A DNA stretch of 41,685 bases from a virus (IMGVR_UViG_3300025875_000053:1-41685), one strand, 5' to 3'. Positions 1-8,119 are shown, counted from the first letter of the stretch. The notes: generated by a model not told the origin, from the sequence alone. Numbers and translations are program-made.

Positions 1-66
1 GCGGCGAGTGTTACGGCCGGTCCGGACGGAGCCGCAGTCTCGTCCGGGCCGACCTTCTCCACTGTC
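1..66 (-). ncRNA. Candidate small RNA A, continuing across the junction to the hairpin at 41513-41548
   Basis: Near-consensus promoter, no convincing ORF, internal hairpin, terminal stem-loop; 5' end GACAGTGGAGAAGGTC resembles candidate B. Confidence 0.4.
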
Positions 67-99
67 TAAGAACTTACTACCTTCTTAGTCCCTTGTCAA
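66..99 (-). promoter_or_regulatory. Housekeeping-sigma promoter with operator half-sites
   Basis: Minus strand TTGACA(99-94)-N17-TAAGTT(76-71); CTAAG half-sites in the spacer and just downstream. Confidence 0.75.
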
Positions 100-452
100 G
101 GGACGTCGCGCGGGCTCGCTGCCGTGATGATCTGCGCGAGCCACGGAGGGATCACGTCGATCTGATCGAGGAAGAGCTTCCCTTCGAGATTCGACAAGAT
201 CCCGTGTTCGTTGCGCTGCCGGACGTAGAGCGTGACGAAGGCCGGCGCTTCCTGATCCTCCGGCGCTCCCGGACCGGTCTGCCACGTCGAGCGCACGGTT
301 ACGCGGTTCACGAGGTACCGCGTCACGCGATCCGGGTACGGCGGATGCCGGCGCACGATCCGCACATCATCGGCCGGGCACTGCGCGGAGAGCGTCACCT
401 CGTACGAGAGCGTCCGCGTCGCCGGGCTCCACGCTGTCTTCGGTCCGTCCAT
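96..452 (-). CDS. Hypothetical protein, 118 aa
   Basis: RBS GAGGAGG before ATG; protein-like composition. Confidence 0.75.
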   Translation of the reverse strand: MDGPKTAWSPATRTLSYEVTLSAQCPADDVRIVRRHPPYPDRVTRYLVNRVTVRSTWQTGPGAPEDQEAPAFVTLYVRQRNEHGILSNLEGKLFLDQIDVIPPWLAQIITAASPRDVP

Positions 453-472
453 CGTTCCTCCTCAGAAACGAA

Positions 473-501
473 GCCGGCCGCCGGGATCTCCGGCGGCCGG
501 C
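473..501. terminator. Stem-loop terminator
   Basis: 12-bp perfect inverted repeat GCCGGCCGCCGG/CCGGCGGCCGGC between genes. Confidence 0.6.
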
Positions 502-508
502 GTTGCTG

Positions 509-943
509 TCAGGCGAAGCAGTCCGGGCAGAGGATGCGCGCGCGAGCCGGAGCGGTACGGTGCCACTCGTTCGAGCACTGCTTCGTGATCGGCTCCCACT
601 CGTCGCTGCCGACGATCCGGAAGATCGAGCGGAACGCGGAGAGATCGAGGATCCCAACTGTCAAGTCACGGCCGAAGCCTTCGTACGTGACAGTCTTCAT
701 GTCCGCGTCAACGCGCTTCACGAGGAACCAACGTCCGTCCTTGAACCGCTCGATCGTGTCCCACATCTTCGGAGCCTTCCGCTTCGCGTTCTCCGCGAGC
801 GCCTCCCCGTGCTCCTTCGCGATCGCCGCGTGGTACTCCTTCGCGACTCGCTCGCAGTCTGCCGTGGAGCAGTCCGAGAGCGCGATCCCGTGGAGTTCGA
901 GCCACGCTTCGATCTGCTTCGCGCTGTCCGGGTTGATCGCCAT
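509..943 (-). CDS. Hypothetical protein, 144 aa, C-terminal CPDC motif
   Basis: RBS GGAAGGA; preceded by operator/promoter at 989-1010. Confidence 0.8.
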   Translation of the reverse strand: MAINPDSAKQIEAWLELHGIALSDCSTADCERVAKEYHAAIAKEHGEALAENAKRKAPKMWDTIERFKDGRWFLVKRVDADMKTVTYEGFGRDLTVGILDLSAFRSIFRIVGSDEWEPITKQCSNEWHRTAPARARILCPDCFA

Positions 944-988
944 GATCTAGGTCCTTCCGCTTCCCGCCGGTCTCTCCGGCGATGAGTA

Positions 989-1010
989 AAGCTTACCACG
1001 AACTTAGTAA
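989..1010 (-). promoter_or_regulatory. Repeated operator plus extended -10 promoter
   Basis: Minus strand TTACTAAGTTCGTGGTAAGCTT (TG-n-TAAGCT); identical 22-mer at 7172 and 8322. Confidence 0.8.
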
Positions 1011-1053
1011 CTATGGGAAGGCCGGGGACCGAAATCCCCGGCCGGCTTCCGGA

Positions 1054-1323
1054 TCAGAATCGACGGGACGTCCGGCGGAGCGCCTGAATCTTCGTCGTCG
1101 CGTTCCGCTCCCGGATCATCTCGGCAGGCTGCGAAGGCTGCGCGTCCGGTCCGCGACGTCCCATCCGGTGAGTGATCCACGCGGCCGGCGTGTACGTCGG
1201 CGCTCCGTGATCCGCGATCATCTCGCGCCGCAACTTCGGGGAGTGGCACTGCTCCTGCGCGCCGTTCATGATGTCTTGGAGCGTCCCGACTGCTTCGCGC
1301 TTCTCGTTCCTCGTCATCGTCAT
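1054..1323 (-). CDS. Hypothetical protein, about 89 aa, probably leaderless
   Basis: ATG lies 6 nt after -10 TAGACT; ORF track gives 1054..1329. Confidence 0.7.
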   Translation of the reverse strand: MTMTRNEKREAVGTLQDIMNGAQEQCHSPKLRREMIADHGAPTYTPAAWITHRMGRRGPDAQPSQPAEMIRERNATTKIQALRRTSRRF

Positions 1324-1329
1324 ATCCAT

Positions 1330-1358
1330 AGTCTACTAAGAACTTAGTAAGTCCACAA
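1330..1358 (-). promoter_or_regulatory. Promoter containing a perfect palindromic operator
   Basis: TTGTGG-N17-TAGACT; TACTAAG-AA-CTTAGTA at 1334-1349. Confidence 0.75.
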
Positions 1359-1384
1359 GTCCCTACGTGTGAGGAATCCCACCC

Positions 1385-1414
1385 TTGACAGACTTACTAA
1401 GAACCGGGTAAGTT
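1385..1414 (+). promoter_or_regulatory. Promoter with operator half-site, driving candidate small RNA B
   Basis: TTGACA-N18-TAAGTT with TTACTAAGAAC in the spacer. Confidence 0.7.
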
Positions 1415-1417
1415 AAG

Positions 1418-1493
1418 GACAGTGGGAAAGGTCTGCGATCACCGCGCTCCGGGCAAACGGAAACCCGGCCGCGCGATGCGACCGGGTTCCGGT
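1418..1493 (+). ncRNA. Candidate small RNA B
   Basis: Follows the promoter, starts GACAGTGGGAAAGGTC, ends in hairpin AACCCGG...CCGGGTT; opposite strand to flanking genes. Confidence 0.4.
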
Positions 1494-2006
1494 TCAGAGA
1501 CAGGCGATGAGCGCCGGGACGAACACGCCTAGCGCGATATGCCACGACTGATCGAGAGCCCATCCTCCCGTGCCGAGAGACGGGTTGTCTCCGACGAGTT
1601 CCGGCGCTCCTCCCCATCCGTCCTCGTCGTGTGCCACGAGGCGGACGTTCGCGCGGGGAACGCCGAGACGGAGGAAGTTCTCCTTGCCGGGGAACATGCG
1701 CGCGATCCGGAACATGATCCCGAACTCCCGCCGGTCTGCGAGGTAATGCGTCACGCCGGAGAACAGGAGAGCCGCCATGCCGGCGAACGTGTTCACCTCC
1801 GCTCCGGTCACCGCGAGCACGGCCGCGAGGAACACGGCCTGCGTGATGACGTACGTCGCGACGTGGAACAGGCAGGCTCGCCGGCCTTCGTTCCCGGCCT
1901 TCCCCTTGTGCGCCGCCTGATGATCGGTTTGGATCCAGTAGTCTCCGACGTGATGCGCCGCGTAGAGCGCGAGCCCGATTCCTGCGAACGTTCCGATATC
2001 TGCCAT
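1494..2006 (-). CDS. DUF3307-like membrane protein
   Basis: Motifs AHHVGDYWIQTDHQA, THYLADRR, LDQSWH; ATG 6 nt after TAAGCT (leaderless). Confidence 0.8.
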   Translation of the reverse strand: MADIGTFAGIGLALYAAHHVGDYWIQTDHQAAHKGKAGNEGRRACLFHVATYVITQAVFLAAVLAVTGAEVNTFAGMAALLFSGVTHYLADRREFGIMFRIARMFPGKENFLRLGVPRANVRLVAHDEDGWGGAPELVGDNPSLGTGGWALDQSWHIALGVFVPALIACL

Positions 2007-2031
2007 GCATGAAGCTTACTACAAACACACT

Positions 2032-2065
2032 AAGCCGGGCTGTCGTGTAGCTGACAGCCCGGCTT
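2032..2065. terminator. Stem-loop terminator
   Basis: 13-bp inverted repeat AAGCCGGGCTGTC/GACAGCCCGGCTT. Confidence 0.6.
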
Positions 2066-2077
2066 GTGTTCTGCGTC

Positions 2078-2557
2078 TCAGCGAATGTTCACGTTCTGCG
2101 AGATCGAGATCCCGCCGAAGACGAACCGCTTCACGAGGAGGAGCGCGATCACGACGACGACGAGTCCGCCGAAGACGAATCCCCACGGGATCGCGGCGGC
2201 AGCGGTGAACGCGGCTGTGAGCGCGTTCAGCACGAAGACAGCGAGGATGGACAGAACGGCGAGCGTCGCGCCGACGAGAGCGCAACCCTTCGCCCATCCC
2301 GGCATCGGTTCCGGGAGCGGCTTCGCGAGCGCGATCTTCACGCCGTACCCTCCGCCTGCGCGCGAGTGGAACTGTGCGAGCGCGGAAGCGGAGGCGACGT
2401 ACCCGCGCCGCGAGAGCCGATGCAACTCGCGGAGCGTCGCCTTCTTCGTGCGACGGCGGATGAGGTGAGAGCCGACCGGCTTCGGCATCACGAGCGTCTG
2501 ATCCGGCCGGCGAACCACCTCCGCCGAACGCTTGTGTTCGAGTTCCGGGACGTACAT
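2078..2557 (-). CDS. Membrane protein with two C-terminal TM helices, possibly Spd-like
   Basis: MYVPELEHK..., TAATG coupling to upstream gene, two long hydrophobic stretches. Confidence 0.7.
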   Translation of the reverse strand: MYVPELEHKRSAEVVRRPDQTLVMPKPVGSHLIRRRTKKATLRELHRLSRRGYVASASALAQFHSRAGGGYGVKIALAKPLPEPMPGWAKGCALVGATLAVLSILAVFVLNALTAAFTAAAAIPWGFVFGGLVVVVIALLLVKRFVFGGISISQNVNIR

Positions 2558-3138
2558 TAGATCACTCCCAACGAGACGAGAACGGACAGTACGAAGACGA
2601 CGATGACGAGGTGACCGAAGCGGACGTTCCACAAGGACAGCTTCACGCGACGCTTGTTCCGGCGGTTGCGCATCCGGATCGCGCTGTCTCGCGTGATGCG
2701 GCGCGGGTTCCCCTTGTTCTTCTTCTCGTTGTAAACCGGGAAGAGAAGCCGGATGAAGAACGTCTCGATCGCGCGGAGGAGCCACTTCTTCTTCGGAGCG
2801 GGAAGCCGCAGGACACAGACCGGATCGAGATCAGACCACGCGGCCGAAGGCTTCGGGCGGCCGGCGCGCGTCTTCCATCGGCCGCCGCCTTCCGTGTGCT
2901 CCTTGTGCCGATCCTTGAACGAGACCGTCTCTCCGACGTACGCGAAGTGACGTCCGCTCGTGAAGAGGACGAAGAGACCGATCCACCACGGGAACCCGAA
3001 CGCAGCGTTCACGATGCACGCGAACGCAGCGCCGATCGGGAATGCCCACCACGGAGTATCGATCTTCGCGTGAAGCAGTCCGAGAAGGCTCGCCGGCTTC
3101 CGCGTCCGGTAGACGTAGACTCCGCCTCCGGCTCTTAC
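2557..3138 (-). CDS. Membrane-anchored GIY-YIG-like nuclease, start uncertain
   Basis: GGGVYVY...FAYVGET...RHKEH...IETFFIRLLFPVYN with TM segments; no canonical start near 3138. Confidence 0.6.
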   Translation of the reverse strand, partial: VRAGGGVYVYRTRKPASLLGLLHAKIDTPWWAFPIGAAFACIVNAAFGFPWWIGLFVLFTSGRHFAYVGETVSFKDRHKEHTEGGGRWKTRAGRPKPSAAWSDLDPVCVLRLPAPKKKWLLRAIETFFIRLLFPVYNEKKNKGNPRRITRDSAIRMRNRRNKRRVKLSLWNVRFGHLVIVVFVLSVLVSLGVI

Positions 3139-3323
3139 GGCTTCCCCTTCCGGTTTCCCCGCGCTCCGCTCGTTGCGTGATACCGGTCGCAGAACGCGCA
3201 GCGGTACACCTTGCGCGAGTTCGCCTTCGTGCTCGCGCGGAGCCGACCGATCTCCGCCTTCGCGTCGTCGCGTGACGTGTAGATCACTTTCCCGGTTGCT
3301 AGGCATCGTTCCCTCTCGAACAT
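3135..3323 (-). CDS. Small Zn-binding phage protein, 62 aa
   Basis: C..GK..Y.S and YRCxxCxxYH pattern; RBS GAGGAAGG. Confidence 0.75.
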   Translation of the reverse strand: MFERERCLATGKVIYTSRDDAKAEIGRLRASTKANSRKVYRCAFCDRYHATSGARGNRKGKP

Positions 3324-3358
3324 CGGATGAGCCTTCCTCTTCGGTTTTGATGAGGATG

Positions 3359-3379
3359 ACGTTACCACGAACTTAGTAA
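3359..3379 (-). promoter_or_regulatory. Repeated operator plus extended -10
   Basis: Minus strand TTACTAAGTTCGTGGTAACGT. Confidence 0.75.
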
Positions 3380-3883
3380 CTAGGCTAGTAGCCTGATCTC
3401 TTCGAGCGGTACGCCGTTCAGCGGACGTCCTCCTTGCTCGAAGAGGACATCGAGGCAGCGTTCCGGCAGGAAGGCGAGCACGCGTCCGCGTCCCAACTCC
3501 GGATGCCGAAGCCACTCGATGATGCTGCGTCCGGGCACGATGTCATGCCGGCCGCCGGTCCCCTTCCGGATCGGCGTGGACGTTCCGAAGGCAACCTTGC
3601 CGGCCTTCGTCAACTGTCCGCCACGGATGATCCCTACCGTTTTCCTACCGCTCGCCTTCCGTACCTTCCGTTTGATCCACCTCTTCACGAGGCGCTTCGG
3701 CCCGGAACGCACGAGGCGACGCGTGAACCCGGCAGTCTTGCGGAGCCGGCGCGCGGCCTTCTTCGCCTGCCGCCGCGCGACACGCTTTCCGATGCGCGCG
3801 AACACCTTCGGCATCCGCCGCGCCTTCCGCTTGATCTTGCGCGCCTTCCGCTTGATCCACCTCTTCGCCTGCCGCTTATCCAT
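3380..3883 (-). CDS. Very basic K/R-rich protein with C-terminal Tudor/SH3-like domain
   Basis: Repeated KRWIKRK; C-terminal LRHPELGRGRVL...LDVLFEQGG resembles the PcrA/UvrD C-terminal pattern. Confidence 0.65.
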   Translation of the reverse strand: MDKRQAKRWIKRKARKIKRKARRMPKVFARIGKRVARRQAKKAARRLRKTAGFTRRLVRSGPKRLVKRWIKRKVRKASGRKTVGIIRGGQLTKAGKVAFGTSTPIRKGTGGRHDIVPGRSIIEWLRHPELGRGRVLAFLPERCLDVLFEQGGRPLNGVPLEEIRLLA

Positions 3884-3942
3884 GAAATCAGGGTACGCCG
3901 ATTAGGGTTGTTTTACTAGGTTCATGGTGAGATCATAGGGAG

Positions 3943-5889
3943 ATGAAGAGGACACACATCGTACCGCTAGCCTCGTCGCGCTGCGACGGCTTCGCGTGCC
4001 GATCCTGTCCCCGGCCGTGGCGGTTCTTCGTGACCGGCATGGAGCTTTGGGGGATGGGCGACAACGCGACGTTCTTCCACGACGCAACGGAAGACTACCG
4101 CCGGAAGCCGGTTGAAACGCTGTCCCGCGCGAGGTGGCGACGGGTTGCGTGGAGGTGGGGAGTTGCCGGCGTTCCGACGCTCCTCGTCTCGACATGGGCA
4201 GTCGCGCGCGCAACCGCGTACGCGTGGACGCTCTTCGACGCGGACGCTCCCGGTTGGTCCCGTCTCCCGTGGGGATGGTTCTTGTTCTGCTACGTCGCTG
4301 CCGGCGGGATCGCGGGGATCACGTACGGCGGAACGTCGGTCGCTGCGTGGTGGACGGTTCGCGAAGTGCGGAAGACGTACATCTATCCGGCGGCCGATGT
4401 GCTCGCGCGCGTGACTGGCGTACGCCTGCGGCGGCGCGACAAACTCGCCGCGATCGAACTCCCCGAAGGCTTCGGGCAGGAGATCGAGGACGGTACGGAG
4501 CCGGAGCCGGTCCGCGTCTACATTCCCGAAGTCGTTCTTGACGACGCGATGAAGAAGCGGATCGCGAACAACGTCGGCGCGCGGATCGGTCTCCCGGAGC
4601 CGATCGCGAAGTGGACGGAGAGCGGCGTACCGCAGAGGTACGTGGATCTCTATCCGCAGGCGCTCCCGCCGAAGGCTGTCAAGATCGAAGACCTTCTCGA
4701 AGAGTTGCTCGCAGGCGACATCGATCATCCTCTCGTGGGAGTGATGACGGGTGGCCGGATCTCCCGGATGGACTTCAAGAACGACAGTCCTCACTCTCTC
4801 GGTTCGGCCGGCAGCGGCGCGGGGAAGAGCACGCTCTACAAACTCATCGCAATGCAGCGGCTCCGTCACGGCGGATACGCGATCATCCTTGACTTCAAGA
4901 AGTGGAGTCACCTCCGATGGGCGGGACGTCTGCCGGCCGGACGCGTCCGCATCGAGGACGAGGTTGCCAGGATCTCCGACGTTCTCGCGGCCGTGCTCGA
5001 TGAACTCATCTGGCGTAAGTCCTTCAACCTCGAAGACGAAAAGAAGTTGGACGAACTCCCGACGCTCGACGTCTTCGTTGAGGAGATCAATACGCTTCTC
5101 CCGCTCCTCGTGGACTACTGGACAGCGTTCACGGCGGAGCAGAAGGTACGCGCACGCATCCGCGTCCGGAAGGCGAAGGAGGAGATCAAGGACAGCGGAG
5201 CCGCGCGCGACGAGGTTCCGGATCACCTTCTCGCAGAACTCGAAGAGGCGGAGGAGGCGCTCGTTCAGGCGCTCTCGCTGCCGAAGAAGTCGCCGGCCGT
5301 TCAGGCGATCCGCTACGGCGTGAACCTAGGCCGCGAGTTCCGGATCCACTTCCATTTCATCGGACAGTCCATCGACGCGGCAGCGGCCGGAGGACGGAAC
5401 ACGCGCGAGAGTTTCCGGACGCGTCTCCTCGCGCGGTGGGACGCGAAGACGTGGAAGATGCTCGCGGACGGAATCCCGTTCGTCGCGTGTCCGTCCGGGG
5501 ACGTAGGCATTTGGGCACACGTCCACGGAGGGGAGTACGAGATCGTCCGCGTCCCGTACGTCCCGGACGCGTACGCGGTGGAGTACGTCCTCGGAGGAGC
5601 GCGTCCGTCCCTGCCCATGTTCCACGGAGATCCGGTCCCGACGATCGAGGCGGAGCCGGCGGCGCGGGAACTCGCGCGGACGATGCCGCTCTCGGAGATC
5701 GTCGCGATCCTGCCGTTGAAGGCGGACGGCGACCGGATGACGATCAAGGCGCTCCGGCTCGCTGCCGGCCGACCGGGTTTCCCGGAGCCGGACGGCGAGC
5801 CGGAGCCGGGGAAGGCGGCGCTCTTCTACCCGGACGAGGTGATCGCGTGGTTCCGTGATCGAGAGCGGCTCCCCGCCATCGGCTCCTAG
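3943..5889 (+). CDS. FtsK/SpoIIIE-family DNA translocase, TraB-like
   Basis: N-terminal TM helices, Walker A GSGAGKS, Walker B VFVEE, GREFRIHFHFIGQ, C-terminal HTH-like segment (GFPEP...LFYPDEVIAWF). Confidence 0.8.
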   Translation: MKRTHIVPLASSRCDGFACRSCPRPWRFFVTGMELWGMGDNATFFHDATEDYRRKPVETLSRARWRRVAWRWGVAGVPTLLVSTWAVARATAYAWTLFDADAPGWSRLPWGWFLFCYVAAGGIAGITYGGTSVAAWWTVREVRKTYIYPAADVLARVTGVRLRRRDKLAAIELPEGFGQEIEDGTEPEPVRVYIPEVVLDDAMKKRIANNVGARIGLPEPIAKWTESGVPQRYVDLYPQALPPKAVKIEDLLEELLAGDIDHPLVGVMTGGRISRMDFKNDSPHSLGSAGSGAGKSTLYKLIAMQRLRHGGYAIILDFKKWSHLRWAGRLPAGRVRIEDEVARISDVLAAVLDELIWRKSFNLEDEKKLDELPTLDVFVEEINTLLPLLVDYWTAFTAEQKVRARIRVRKAKEEIKDSGAARDEVPDHLLAELEEAEEALVQALSLPKKSPAVQAIRYGVNLGREFRIHFHFIGQSIDAAAAGGRNTRESFRTRLLARWDAKTWKMLADGIPFVACPSGDVGIWAHVHGGEYEIVRVPYVPDAYAVEYVLGGARPSLPMFHGDPVPTIEAEPAARELARTMPLSEIVAILPLKADGDRMTIKALRLAAGRPGFPEPDGEPEPGKAALFYPDEVIAWFRDRERLPAIGS

Positions 5890-5902
5890 GAGCAGGCACG
5901 GA

Positions 5903-5933
5903 AACGGCCCGGAGAGCGTCTCTCCGGGCCGTT
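5903..5933. terminator. Terminator between convergent traB-like and spd-like units
   Basis: 14-bp perfect inverted repeat AACGGCCCGGAGAG/CTCTCCGGGCCGTT. Confidence 0.7.
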
Positions 5934-6010
5934 CGCTTACTCAGAACTCAGGAGGTAGGGTGGCGACTCGACGGCCGTTATCCTGCGGATACGGGGTCTC
6001 GTGAGGTACC

Positions 6011-6310
6011 TCAGGCCATCAACTCCCCGCGCTCCTTCCGCCTCTTCAAGGCGTACGCGGCGCTCGCCATAGCGGCGCGAGCCGGCGTGTTGTGGATCGC
6101 GCAGCACTCCGGCCCCTGCGGATCGAGCCGGCCGGAGCACGGGCAGAACGCCGGGTTGCACGCCTTCGGCTTGAATGTGCGGCCGTCGCTCATCACCACG
6201 GGTTCGAGGCAGCGGCAGGGGTACGGCTCATCGACTGGCGTTCCCGCGATCAACCACGGGCCGAACCCGGCCGCCTGCGTGGCGGCCGGGCTCTTCTGCT
6301 CTTCGGTCAC
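6011..6310 (-). CDS. Cys-rich hypothetical protein, 99 aa
   Basis: GTGA overlap with upstream gene, RBS AAGGAG; CRC, CNPAFCPC and CC motifs. Confidence 0.65.
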   Translation of the reverse strand: MTEEQKSPAATQAAGFGPWLIAGTPVDEPYPCRCLEPVVMSDGRTFKPKACNPAFCPCSGRLDPQGPECCAIHNTPARAAMASAAYALKRRKERGELMA

Positions 6311-7140
6311 TTGCTCTCCTTCATCGCGGCGCGCACGCGGGCAACGTGAGCGGCCGACTGTCCGACGATCTCCGAGACGCTCTCGTCCGTGGTGGACGCG
6401 TCCTGAGTCATGATCTTGATCGCGCGCTTCGTCCGCTGCCACGGCTTCGCGGTTAGTCCGTCCACGAGGAGGAGTACGTCCTCGTCCGTCCGTCCGTCCG
6501 CGTGGAGACGAACCGCCTTCTCGACGTCCCACGAGGCGACGCGTCCGGCGGACGGCTTCGCCTCCGTCTTCGGTGCGTCCGTCTTCGTCTCCGGCCGGGG
6601 AGCCGGCTTCGGCTTCGGCGCGGCGGCCGGCGCGGCGAGCGGGACGATCGGGAGCGTGTGGCGGATGCCGGCGTGAACCCAACGGGGAGCAGGCGCGGGG
6701 AGCGGCTTCACGAACGGAACGATCGGGAGGAGCGCGGGAGCAACCGTCTTCGTCACGATCTGCGGCGCGGCGGCCGGAACCTCGATCTCCTCCGCCTGCT
6801 TCGCGGTGGACTCGATGAGGATCGCAGCGAGGAAGCAGATCGGCATGGACGCGGCGATGAGGAGCGGATCCATCTTGATCGCGTTCTCCGCGTCCGCGTT
6901 GAAGAGGAGCGAGTACGCAGCGCCGACGAGGAGAGCAACCGCTCCAACCTTCTTGCGGCCGGTCTGCATTGCGCGGATCCCGACGTAAAGGAGACCGTCG
7001 ATTCCGATCGGGTAGACGAGAGAGACGGCAAGCGGGTTCGTCTCGTTGACAACCGAAACGATGTGCTGCGCGCTCGCAGCGAAGGAGGCGAGCGTAACCG
7101 CTCCGGCGGCCGTCGGGCTCTTCAAGAAGTTGACGTTCAT
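6307..7140 (-). CDS. SpdA/DUF2637-like membrane protein with C-terminal HTH
   Basis: SAQHI...YPIGIDGL motif, about 4 TM helices, Pro/Ala linker, C-terminal helix-turn-helix-like segment. Confidence 0.7.
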   Translation of the reverse strand: MNVNFLKSPTAAGAVTLASFAASAQHIVSVVNETNPLAVSLVYPIGIDGLLYVGIRAMQTGRKKVGAVALLVGAAYSLLFNADAENAIKMDPLLIAASMPICFLAAILIESTAKQAEEIEVPAAAPQIVTKTVAPALLPIVPFVKPLPAPAPRWVHAGIRHTLPIVPLAAPAAAPKPKPAPRPETKTDAPKTEAKPSAGRVASWDVEKAVRLHADGRTDEDVLLLVDGLTAKPWQRTKRAIKIMTQDASTTDESVSEIVGQSAAHVARVRAAMKESK

Positions 7141-7171
7141 TCGATGAGTCTTTCCTCGTTTGGTATGAGGA

Positions 7172-7202
7172 AAGCTTACCACGAACTTAGTAAGGACGAC
7201 AA
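7172..7202 (-). promoter_or_regulatory. Repeated operator/promoter
   Basis: TTGTCG-N18-TAAGCT including TTACTAAGTTCGTGGTAAGCTT. Confidence 0.8.
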
Positions 7203-7248
7203 GCGGCCGGACGAATCGAGTTCGTCCGGCTCGCCTGCGGTTCGTCCG

Positions 7249-7587
7249 TCAGTCCACACGTACCGGGAACTCGACGGACTCGTCCGCGTCGATCTGAACG
7301 ATCAGGCGCGAGATCGTCTCGACGTGTGCCAGGAAAACGAGAGTCTCCGTGGCGGCAACGATGGAGTCAAGCCGGTCGTACGCGCGAACGACGATGAAGC
7401 CTTCCCCGATGTGACGCATGATCGGGGAGAGACGCGCGTTCATCTTCGCGATCTCCGGCGTCACGTCCTCGTGCGTCTCGATGCGGATCGGATCCGTCAC
7501 GATGACGTTCCCGGAGTGGAGGCGGATGGAGTCACGCTCGACGTTGTGTCGCATGTCAGAAGATCCAATCGTGAACGGCGTTGTCAT
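7249..7587 (-). CDS. Hypothetical protein, 112 aa
   Basis: Last gene of a leftward operon, followed by hairpin 7206-7230. Confidence 0.65.
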   Translation of the reverse strand: MTTPFTIGSSDMRHNVERDSIRLHSGNVIVTDPIRIETHEDVTPEIAKMNARLSPIMRHIGEGFIVVRAYDRLDSIVAATETLVFLAHVETISRLIVQIDADESVEFPVRVD

Positions 7588-8119
7588 GGGAGAGTCCGCA
7601 GTCTTCCCCGGCTCCGTTGCGCATCACCATGCGGACGCAGGCCATGCCGGAATATCCACCCTCGAACGGGTGACGCTCGATCCCGTCGAAGGTTGTCGTG
7701 TTGTGCGTCTCGCGGATCGTCTTGTGATCCACGGTCCCGACTGCCGGCAGCGGCGCGGCCGGACGGAGCACGCGGCCGACGAACTGTCCGGACCGGTAGC
7801 GGTACCGGCCGCGCGTGACGTTCGGGAGTTCCTGCGTCTTCTCCGCCTCGTCCTCTTCGCCTTCGAGCGGCATACGCGGGTTGTCCCCGTGGAAGTTCAC
7901 GAGCGAGTCGAAGAGCGTCGCGGCATCGGAGCCGAGACCCTTCGAGAGCGAGACGAGACGCGTGATGAGATCCTCCGCGATCGTCTGCCGATCGATGTTC
8001 TCATCGTCCAACTTCACGGACGAGTCGTGAGCGAGCGCCGCGAGGAGATTCCCGATCTCCTGCCGTGCCTGATCCCGCGCCTCCGCGAGATCCCGCTTCG
8101 TGTGTTGGAAGTAGCTCAC
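7556..8119 (-). CDS. Hypothetical protein, 187 aa
   Basis: GTGA overlap with upstream gene; MSYFQHTKRDL... Confidence 0.65.
   Translation of the reverse strand: MSYFQHTKRDLAEARDQARQEIGNLLAALAHDSSVKLDDENIDRQTIAEDLITRLVSLSKGLGSDAATLFDSLVNFHGDNPRMPLEGEEDEAEKTQELPNVTRGRYRYRSGQFVGRVLRPAAPLPAVGTVDHKTIRETHNTTTFDGIERHPFEGGYSGMACVRMVMRNGAGEDCGLSHDNAVHDWIF

Larger units (their letters stand above)
1..127 (+). repeat. Terminal direct repeat, left copy (probable assembly overlap)
   Basis: 1-127 is identical to 41559-41685; 127 is a common assembler k-mer length. Confidence 0.9.

Noticed and set aside
1-127. 127-bp terminal repeat as a biological DTR
   Set aside because: Length equals a common assembler k-mer and the break falls mid-feature; it is most likely a circularisation overlap
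5934-6010. clt locus with 8-bp TraB recognition repeats
   Set aside because: Position is plausible but I saw no tandem 8-mer array, only a weak operator-like TTACTCAGAACTCAG
6502-7818. Long Arg-rich ORFs antisense to or overlapping real genes (also 93..950, 9301..10419, 10419..11849, 15196..16668, 26107..27324 and others)
   Set aside because: Shadow ORFs caused by high GC and codon bias; no RBS or recognisable motifs
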